In this document: piece by piece, positions 54,465 through 64,000 of the stretch | How the letters are laid out: each line of letters begins with the position of its first letter | Numbering within the stretch: the stretch's first letter is position 1 | From: Antedon mediterranea | Lineage: Eukaryota > Animalia > Echinodermata | DNA: 64,000 bases | Assembly (NCBI RefSeq): GCF_964355755.1 | Contig: NC_092670.1 | Span: 35,638,388-35,702,387, forward strand | Direction: 5' to 3' | The notes under the pieces: generated by a model | Seen by the model: the letters and a program-made list of their open reading frames with translations, nothing else | Database searches by the model: none | Told to the model about the DNA's origin: nothing | Translations under genes and position numbers: made by a program

Positions 54465-54911
54465 ATGTTCTGTTGAATTTTCTACAACTTAATACCAGGA
54501 AATCCTGACAACTAAAACAATGATGAGGAGTAAGACCCTCGATGTAGTTTTAATGTGTAGATAAAGGCCAAAGATTGAGGAAGTATGTTTCTTAGGAAGA
54601 CGAGATGTTTTTATTATGTACTGTAATTACCTGATTACAGGTGCAATCACCTTTAATTCATTATTATTCAGCTTCTCAGTACATATTGTAACTCATGTTA
54701 TTTAAGTGCCGATGTTCTGTTGAATTTTCTACAACTTAATACCATGAAATCCTGACAACAAGACCCTCGGCCTCGACTCAATGTAGTTTTAATGTGTATA
54801 TAAAGGTCAAAGATTGAGGAGGAAGTATGTTTCTTAGAAGACCACAATGTATTTTGAGATTTGTATTATGTAATTACCTGATTACAGGTGCAATGATCAC
54901 CTTTAATTCAT
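54465..54911. repeat. Diverged tandem duplication of a ~200-bp intronic segment
   Basis: atgttctgttgaattttctacaacttaatacc occurs at 54465 and 54712 with colinear continuation. Confidence 0.8.
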
Positions 54912-55956
54912 TGTGCCAGAAAATAAAATATGATAATTTTAAATGTACAATGTAAGTTTTCGCGCCACGATTTTAGGCAGTTATATTCAAGAGAACGGAA
55001 TCATTAGGAAACAGTTACCATGCGGTAGCTTATTGTTTACTATGGCTCAACAAATTCCGGGTGTTTTGCCCATATAGAAAAAGATGCTTACAAAAAAATC
55101 AATATATTGTACTTTATCGATCCATTTGACAAGAAATGAAGCCTATCTAGGACGATAATGATTGATAACTAGATATGTATTTTTTATGTACAGTAGTAAA
55201 AAAAATAAAAAATGTTTTTATCATCGAACAATAGGATAACCATTTTATACTAATTAATAATTAATAATAATTACCTTCACAAGTTCAATCAAATGATGTC
55301 ATCATTAGTTTATTAGTTATTTTCTTCAGCATAAATAGTTATCCTATAGCTAGAATAAAAACTGCTCTAATTTCTTTTATTTTATGTAAGAAAAATCTTA
55401 TTCACGTATTGTTATTGTTTTTAGTACAAATAAATGTAATAAATGTACTGCATTGTGTTGAATAAAAATTATAACATTCTATATATCTTTTTATTTTAAT
55501 TTTAAAAATAAATGTAAAAAACCAACAATAGATTCTGAAATTGTTTAGTGTTATCTGGTATAAACCAAATACAACTACATTTTACAGTCATTATTTGAAT
55601 TTGTAATGTCCAAAATATGCTGTCACTTTGTCGACAAAGCTATTTTTCCAGTTTTATTTATCAATTCAATACAAAGAATAGTGTGCTTTTAGAATTAAGT
55701 TCTTTGAATACAAAAAAAAACTAGCCACGCATCAGTAAAAAATAATGTAACAAAACGTGAGATCATTTAAAAAATACTTTGACAATACTAGTTCCTCTTT
55801 TAACAACTGGTATTAACAAATAATAGTAATAGTTTCATGTGATCTACGTCAAAGTTTCACTTTAAGTAAAGATATAATAGGCAAAGCTGCTGACATAAAT
55901 TGAAATCGTAAAGTTTTTTTCAGTATTTATTTAATTTTAATTTTAGTGACTATTAA

Positions 55957-56274
55957 GAGTGAGTGAGTGGCCGAGCGGTTAAGACAGTGGAACCGTAATT
56001 ACGTAGCCATAACATCGGCAGGGGTTCGAGGCTCACTCACTCCATGGTTCTGGTGGTAGAACGAGTCTTCTCGGATATGGACTATAAACCGTAGGTCCAG
56101 TGTACACATCTAGCTTGTGTGCACTTTAAAGAACCTAGTACATCTTTCCAGACGAGTAGGGGGTTACCCCGGTGTATTAGTACATCACAGCCACTGATCA
56201 CCAACTGGGCCCTCTGGGAGACCAGTCTTTGACTGAAGAGGTTACCCAGTATAAATATAAATTTCAATTCAAAT
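55957..56274 (+). mobile_element. Full-length copy of the same Nin/Deu-type SINE
   Basis: Near-identical reverse complement of 39849-40163. Confidence 0.88.
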
Positions 56275-56537
56275 GAGACTTGTGAAAATAAATACTAATG
56301 CACTTAAATGCACTAAAGGATGAACCACAATTTTTAATTCTGGGATTTTATAATTCAGACTAGCATGATTATGAAATTTTAGGGACCTAATTCCTACTGT
56401 ATTTAACCAATAGTGTTACATGGTATAACAATCTATTAATGACACATGGTGTTACTAGTTGGATAAAGCTATGGCATGGTAAACTGGTTGATGATCATGA
56501 TTTTAGGCCTACTGTATTATGTCGGCACAGTTGACCA

Positions 56538-56862
56538 TCAATATTTGGTGTGGCGCTTGTCAATATTTGGTGTGGCGCTTGTCAATATTTGGTGTGGCGC
56601 TTGTCAATATTTGGTGTGGCGCTTGTCAATATTTGGTGTGGCGCTTGTCAATATTTGGTGTGGCGCTTGTCAATATTTGGTGTGGCGCTTGTCAATATTT
56701 GGTGTGGCGCTTGTCAATATTTGGTGTGGCACTTGTCAATATTTGGTGTGGCGCTTGTCAATATTTGGTGTGGCCCTTGTCAATATTTGGTGTGGCGCTT
56801 GTCAATATTTGGTGTGGCGCTTGTCAATATTTGGTGTGGCGCTTGTCAATATTTGGTGTGGA
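56538..56862. repeat. About 15 x 22-bp minisatellite (tcaatatttggtgtggcgcttg)
   Basis: Nearly invariant units with no spacers. Confidence 0.95.
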
Positions 56863-57627
56863 GCGGCCTATTGGCACACAGGTGACCATGCGTCTTTACA
56901 CACTATAGGTTGTCTATCCGCACAGAGAACTAGATGCACAGTTGATCTACCTTGACTTTCTATCAATAGAAAACTTTACATAGACGCACAATCAACTGGG
57001 CCGGCTTTATCGAAAAATAATATTATGATATTGATTGATTGATTGATTCTTTTATTTTTCACACAACATTCTTAAAAATATAAATAAAAGATTAAGTACA
57101 ATAAAGTGTGAAAAACAGGATAACCACAAGCAAGCAAAGCTTTTAATCTGTGGCACCCTAACTTAAAATATAAATTTACAAATATATTACAAAAAATGTA
57201 TATGTATGGTTGACCATGCTGAAATAGCCAAATTCATTTATAACATTATAATAAAAACATTCCACAACATAGTTTGTGTATTTTAAACATAAAATTTAAA
57301 ATGTCGATGTCTAATTTAGCAATATTACAAGCAAATTGGCTTCAAAATTAAAAGTTTGAAACGGAAAAAAATTAGTCTTGACGCCAATTTAGGCCTTGGC
57401 GTTTCAACAATTCGAACATTTATTGAGGGAGAAACCTCCATGATGTGGGCCTGATCCACTGGGGAAACCTCGGATAAAACTACATTACAATATACCACTG
57501 TATATAAAACTGTAAATACACTAGCTGAAACAATATAATAATCTACAATACAACCAGGCACAGTAGCACAAAGAATAAGGATGATTTAGAGATCATAAGG
57601 AGGAGGAAATAATCAATATTCACTTAC

Positions 57628-57699
57628 TTCGTCGGCAACCACGACTGTCTGCCAAAAACTACCACCACACACCAACATGAGGAGCACAGCGTAAAACAT
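57628..57699 (-). CDS. Uncharacterised type-I membrane protein, exon 1: signal peptide MFYAVLLMLVCGGSFWQTVVVA-DE
   Basis: acaATG, hydrophobic core with a V-x-A cleavage site, GAA|gtaagt donor; phase 0 matches the acceptor at 50956. Confidence 0.85.
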
Positions 57700-57819
57700 T
57701 GTTCTTTCAAGTTCAACTAAAATAAACAGTTAAAATAAAACTTCATTTTCTCTAAATTGTCGCAAAAGATCGTACCAAAAACGAGACAAAATCAAAGTTT
57801 TTAACTTCTGAATTTTGGA

Positions 57820-57990
57820 GCCTTACCCGGAAATAAACTAAATAAACTTTTAAAGGCAACCGCGTTGAACTGTGCTACGATCTGAAGTGTTTACTTATCG
57901 TATGCTTGGTCAGGTTTAACCCGGAAGCTCAGTGAGTGGCCTTCTTCTTTGGTGTATGACGTAACCAGGAAATCCTTTTATTGGTCAATA
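57820..57990 (-). promoter_or_regulatory. Probable promoter of the membrane-protein gene: clustered ETS-like sites, a CRE-like site and a CCAAT box
   Basis: ccggaaat at 57827, ccggaagc at 57921, caggaaat near 57966, tgacgtaa at 57957 and attgg at 57980, all 130-290 bp upstream of the ATG. Confidence 0.5.
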
Positions 57991-60045
57991 GTTTATGATG
58001 TTATATACAGCCCACGGGACTAATAATAGCCTCTTGTTGATAATGATAATATAGTAGGCCATTCACAACATCAACTAAAACAATATTACAAAACGGATTT
58101 ACATCTTACTTTATATTTTTTAATAATAGGCATCAATTTACAATGATTTTAATCATTTTCAATAATAATTCATTCAAAAATGCAAACGTTTACTACTTTC
58201 TAGCATAGGAGTAGTAAGCACATTTCTATATTTTCTGTAACCATGTTTCATAAGTATTATCTTGTAACACACAACATTGTCACAGTATGATAAACATGAA
58301 ATAAACAAGTAGAAAATAATATATAACCAATGGAGTAATTTTGACAATAAATTGAATAAGTGTAAGACTATTAAGCATAGATAATACCTATAAATTAGTG
58401 GTAAAAATATTACAAATACTAGAATACAAATTATACACAAAAGTCTAAATTCAGTCATATAATAGTATTACTTAATAAGTGAATGTCTTTAATTTTCATA
58501 AGAATTCAATATTTAAAAAAACAAATATATGCATAATGCAAATAAAAATAATATCACAATAATATAATTTGTTAAAATAATACATTTAATGAAAATATAT
58601 ATTTAAATAAATAATATAATTTATTCAACTGAATAATTGTTCATAACAATTGAATTTATTCTAATACAATTATTATATTGTAGTACAGTGATTGGAATAG
58701 AAAAAACACAATACTGTACTAAGCAACATTATATCAACATAATAGAAATATAGCTTTCTATAATAACTACATCAAGAAAATCACTAAAATATGGTACGGA
58801 TGCAGATTTTCCCTTTCCCTGCAATTCTGTTTATATCCTGTGCACTTAGTGAAATTGTATACACATGTGACCAACAACCCTGCCAATAATTCAATACTAA
58901 CACACAAGAAAAACAATGTATAGAGGGATTAACTTCCTCCATCAATTGAGTCAATAAAAATAACATTATAATAATAATGGTTTTTTTTTTTTACCAAACC
59001 TGATAAAATGAGAGAAACAATGTACAGAAAACAACATAGGGTCGATTGTATTTGGAAAATAAGGTAATACTGTCAACATTATGTTTATCGCAAATAGTGT
59101 ACACAACACATCGTGTGAAGGGTTTGGGAGCAAACGTCACGACACGTACGTACATGATTTGTTGTTGGTAGGAATGCATCATGACCTTTCCCATCATGCA
59201 TTGTGCAATGACGTTCATCACGAAATCAGGCTATTTGCGACAAACCATATTCCCATAAATAAAAACTAAAAAACCTATTTCCAACTATTTCCTACTCTAT
59301 AAAATGCCTTCTGGAAATTGTGTCTCGGATGAAAGTAGTATATCAACAGGCGACTGCATTATAACAAAAAAAATTAAGCACTTTCTATACGATTGAAAAT
59401 ATCAATTCATTTACATTGCACAGTTTTAGATAATCTTGTTGCTATTAATATTATGAGATAAACTACATAAAAAAAGAAGCGTTCTAAACATTTTATTATT
59501 AAGCTACTTATTTACCCTATCTTTGCTCCAATAACAAACTGTATATAATTGGTATAACATGTCCACAGATACAGTATCCATATTAAACAGTATTAAAACA
59601 AGTATTAAAGACCAGAAAGTTACCGTTTTTTTTATAACTATAAATTTTAAAAGCTTCTAAAATGTCATTTCCAGTCCGGTATTATGTTTCAGTTTTAGAG
59701 AGAAGGAAGCTCTATGGACTAAAAATAAAAAAGAGTACATCTCGACATAGGGAAGGTTTATGCGACAAGTTTACAGTGTGCGTCAACTGTTAGTGTACTT
59801 TAAACACACTCAGCTGAATGTATTTCGAACATTGTGCATTTTTATAAAAACTGTTTAGGTTGAGGTGAATCAGGAGAGTGGACCTTAGGATTAGCTTTGC
59901 ACATGATCCTACTTAATTACAGACATAATCATAAAACATGTTAAATGTTGAGCTTTTCTTCTTCCCTAAAATATAATATAGTGTTGAGGAAGCTTTGATC
60001 AGACTAGAACTTCTATAATATATTATATAGTATAGGATAATAGGA

Positions 60046-60240
60046 CATCCAGGGGTGGCCAAGCCAGGGATGATACATCCCTGGATTTGCCACCCCTGGA
60101 TGGGTCATCCCTGGATGGGTCATCCCTGGATGGGTTGTCCCTGGCTGTGTCATCCCTGGCTGGGCCACACCTGGATAGGTCATCCCTGGATGGGTCGTCC
60201 CTGGCTGTGTCGTCCCTGGCTGGGTTATCCCTGGCTGAGT
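60046..60240. repeat. 15-bp GC-rich repeat (catccctggatgggt) with two inverted terminal units
   Basis: Direct inspection. Confidence 0.9.
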
Positions 60241-62914
60241 GGGTGGCTGGATCGCTCGCATCTGTTTCATCCTGTTCCTTTATAAACTCTACAAGATAAC
60301 TACTTAGAAATTCACCAAGCATAACAGAACCTAATCATTAAAGCCTAATTATGTTATTTTAATTACAATTAACTAATGACTAAAGCATTAATGACATTTG
60401 AAGGCTGAAACAACTGTTCTAAAAATAATTCTGTAAGATTATTATGATGGTTTTAGTACAACTACAAGTAATTATTTCACTTGCTCATATAGTTAAATAA
60501 CGTTTTTACTTTGAATAAAACAATGTTTTAGGTTAGATTATCTATTTTAGATGACAACTATTAAAATTTGCTGAAAAAAATAACTTTTAAATTTAAAAAG
60601 GATAGTATCAAATATTTAAAATAATATAAATTTATGTGATAGGTAAAACTAATCTTAATTGTACTGTTTTTGTCTATTGATTTTGTTAACTGCTTTCGGT
60701 TTGTTTATTTGTTTATATTATAACGCACAAACTTAATACCAAAATATATACTTTTTCAAAACTTTTAGTAGTATTTAGATGTATTTAGTATTTAGTGGTA
60801 TATAAAATTGTTCAGACTGCTCTCAAATTTAAACAGTATTCAATATTATATATATTGATTTAAACTACAGAGGTTATATGATCAACTAGAGAGTCAAATC
60901 AATCAATGGCTCAAAATCCGAGTCGCCATGGAGAAGGATATGGCTACATCACATTGGTCAATCAGATATGCCAGTGTGAAGTCATATGCCCTATTCACTC
61001 ATGGACAACCATGCTTCTATTACAGCGTGTTAAGCGTAAAGAGCATACAGATTGCCATTATCAATAGAGTTAATGTCTAAAAACTGTATTGTTTGTACAA
61101 ATAAGAAGACCATTTTGAAAAGTCCCTGCACTCTCCACATGACTTTTCGTTGTTGCTTAGTTGACTCTAATTAATTTATTTAACCTCTTTGTTTTAAAAC
61201 ATACTACTGTATGACTGTTTAAGCACACAATATACAATCCTTTCACAAGGGTCATTTTGGATAAGAAGGTGTGTGGTCATAAGTGTATCTATATTCATAA
61301 AGCATTGCATTTATATTACAAGAACATTAATATTTTATCATAATGCATAACCAGAATATATAAATATGATAATGATATTCACAAATATTTTAGGATGAAA
61401 ATCCAAGTATGGATATATAACACTACAGTGTGCTTTTTGGTGAATATAGCATAGTGTGAAGAACACCACACAAGAAGGTCTTTCAGCACAGCAAAGAACA
61501 AGAATATATTTGTACAAAATGGTTTTTAAAATACACATCTTTATATTTTTTTTATAAATAATTTGTATTATTAGAAATCTTTTTATTTCACAAGAGGAAT
61601 GGATGAATGTACTTATTAAAACGTTGTGGATCATGTGACATACACACTCTATAAATGTATGAGTATTTATAAAAAAACGAAACAGTATGTACAGCAGCAA
61701 AGAATATGTCAAGATAACTATACTGTGATCTCCTATCCTGTAGTGTATGTCACAATTACTGTAGTAGTAGTAATGGAGATATTATTATTAATAATGTTAT
61801 TTAGTCGTTTCCACAGGATTATATATTTTTTTTTTTTTTACATATTTGTTTAGTTAAGTTTGTGAATTTGTAACTTTTACTTAAGAACGCACCAATTGTC
61901 ATTGATTGAGTGCCACCGATTTAAAGGTGTAAGTTCAAATAAATATATATGTATGAAAATGAGTAAGCATAAACCAAAACTTTTAGGTTGTAGACTTTCT
62001 TATACTTTACAATACAGTACATATAAACTTCATAACATTAACAATTGAACATTGTTATCGTTATGTTTATAAAAACCTTGTCCACATATATATTCCATGC
62101 GAACACAAATATACAAGTTTCAAATGGTATGGTAGTCAAAAAACATCATTAATGATGTCTGTAATTTACCTATCACATTTCCTAGCAAAACTTGAAGTTT
62201 TTACACACAATGAGACTTCCGTTTTGTATAGCATGTGCCCCATGTTTGTGTGAACTCTAGAATGTACACACATGGGGGAGCACACAATACAAAACACAGG
62301 TGTTGACAAAGTGTGTGTAAACTATCGAGTATTACTAAATGTAAACTTGTGTAATGTAAAATACAGTAGGTGTAACGGGTTATTCATAAGTAATGAATTG
62401 GGAGATGCTACTGTACTATCTTTTCGACTTTTTACAACATAAACACTTTCTTTAAGTCAACACTCATTCCATATGGATAACAGATACCAAGGAAGCACCC
62501 TATGGAAAAAAGTTTGGAAAAATAAAACTCACAATTTGATACAAAGTTCGCAAATTTGATCACTAAATGACAATCCGAAGCACATTACATATGTAATCAT
62601 TTTTATGGAAACATGAATATTATCTCTAAAATCACATGATTTCATATTTTTTTGGTCTCACTTTTGTCTCCTGAAAAAAGGATAGAATAATGTAGAAAAC
62701 TACATTGCATTGTAAAATTAATAAGGGTATATCTATCGTAATGCACATAAAAAAAACAATTTATTTGAAAACCTATCTACTTATTTTAGAGAAACAATTT
62801 ATTGTGAAGATACACCAGCTCGTTATACGTCATATGCTGTCATTTCCATTGTAATGTGACCGTACAACAAATATTACTTCTGATGTTTGACAATTCATCA
62901 CAGCAGTTGTAGAA

Positions 62915-63830
62915 ATCCATTGAATGCTGATGTGTACTAAACTTGCTAGACCAAACAGGTCTCACCAATGACTGTTGGTTGGACCAAACACACCAGATGA
63001 AACCAGGTCACAATTGAGTGCTGTGCATACAAAAGTCACTGGACACAAGTTCTTCATTTAATGCTGGTGAGGACCAAACATCATTCATAACGTCTGAATG
63101 CTGGTGTGCAGTAAACTTTAACAGACCAGCATCTAGGTCTCCATTGAATGCTGGTGTGCAGTAAACTCACCAGAACAACCAGGTCTCCATTGAATGCTGG
63201 TGTGCAGTAAACTCAACAGAACAACCAGGCCTGCATTAAATGCTGTGCGTAAAAAAGTCACCAGACTAACATCCATAAGTTCTCCATTGAATGCTTGGGA
63301 GGACCAATCATCATCCACTGAATTTTGTGCATACAAAAGTCACTAGACCAGCATCCACAAGTTCTTCATTGAATGCTGGTAAGGACCAAACATCATTCAT
63401 AACGTCTGAATGCTGGTGTGCAGTAAACTTTAACCGACCAACATCTAGGTCTCCATTGAATGCTGGTGTGCAGTAAACTCACCAGAACAACCAGGTCTCC
63501 ATTGAATGCTGGTGTGCAGTAAACTCACCAGAACAACCAGGCCTGCATTGAATGCTGGTGTGCAGTAAACTCACCAGAACAACCAGGTCTCCATTGAATG
63601 CTGGCGTGCAGTAAACTCACCAGAACAACCAGGTCTCCAATGCTGATGAGTACCAAAATCCAGGTTTCCATTGAATGCTGGCGAATGCAGCCAAACTAAT
63701 CTGGCCAACATCCAGAAGGTCTCCATTAAATACTGGTGTGTAAACTCACTTGACAAAGTAAAAGAATGATTCTATTGAGTGCTGATGTGTACCAACATTC
63801 ACCAGATGTTGTCTTCATTAAACTGCAGTG
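62915..63830. repeat. 46-bp satellite (ccattgaatgctggtgtgcagtaaactcaccagaacaaccaggtct) with ~310-bp higher-order structure
   Basis: Unit spacing 63481->63527; a variant block recurs at about 63071 and 63383. Confidence 0.9.
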
Positions 63831-64000
63831 TGTGATAAAAAAGAAGTATACTATTGAATGCTGTTGAATTCATCACTAAACTCCTTCAATTATATTTCTA
63901 AAAGAATAATTCTTGTAACAAATATTTGATCACCAATTAGTATCTGGTCCTTAACACTAAAGACATCATTTAATACTAGTTGTCCGCAAAGCTTTTAAAA

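Noticed and set aside
55957-56040. tRNA gene
   Set aside because: The A/B boxes belong to the SINE head; the sequence continues into the SINE body.
56476-56955. Three overlapping Cys/Trp-rich ORFs, or a CRISPR-like array
   Set aside because: Artefact of a stop-free 22-bp minisatellite. There are no unique spacers and no cas genes, and it lies in a eukaryotic intron.
37545-57699. Functional linkage between the Tyr-motif receptor and the neighbouring RhoGAP
   Set aside because: Adjacency in an animal genome is not evidence of a shared pathway without conserved synteny or co-expression data.

Overview
AT-rich, intron-rich animal (probably marine invertebrate) genomic DNA, not prokaryotic; almost all ORF-track entries are noise or partial exons. 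Two minus-strand multi-exon genes can be assembled by hand with GT-AG junctions and matching phases. (1) An ARHGAP18/28/40 (conundrum)-family RhoGAP gene with 9 coding exons from 37591 down to 4303, continuing off the left edge of the window. It has a candidate alternative first exon encoding a Cys-x-Cys N-terminus, plus a candidate 20-nt exon and a candidate 3-nt microexon. (2) A complete 6-exon gene (57699->42746, about 686 aa by my count) that I do not recognise. It encodes a type-I membrane protein with a signal peptide, mucin-like stalk, 14-Cys domain, TM helix and a long non-catalytic tail carrying about 10 copies of a DYGxxY(E) double-tyrosine motif, six of them in a 45-bp coding tandem repeat. 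The rest is non-autonomous transposons (Harbinger-type MITEs with TAA/TTA TSDs, a Harbinger deletion derivative with a Myb/SANT remnant, Kolobok-like TTAA elements, hAT/MULE-like MITEs, HINEs, Nin/Deu-domain tRNA-SINEs, a LINE 3' fragment), minisatellites, and a decayed Penelope-type minimal hammerhead motif in an intron. All calls were made by eye; no searches were run.
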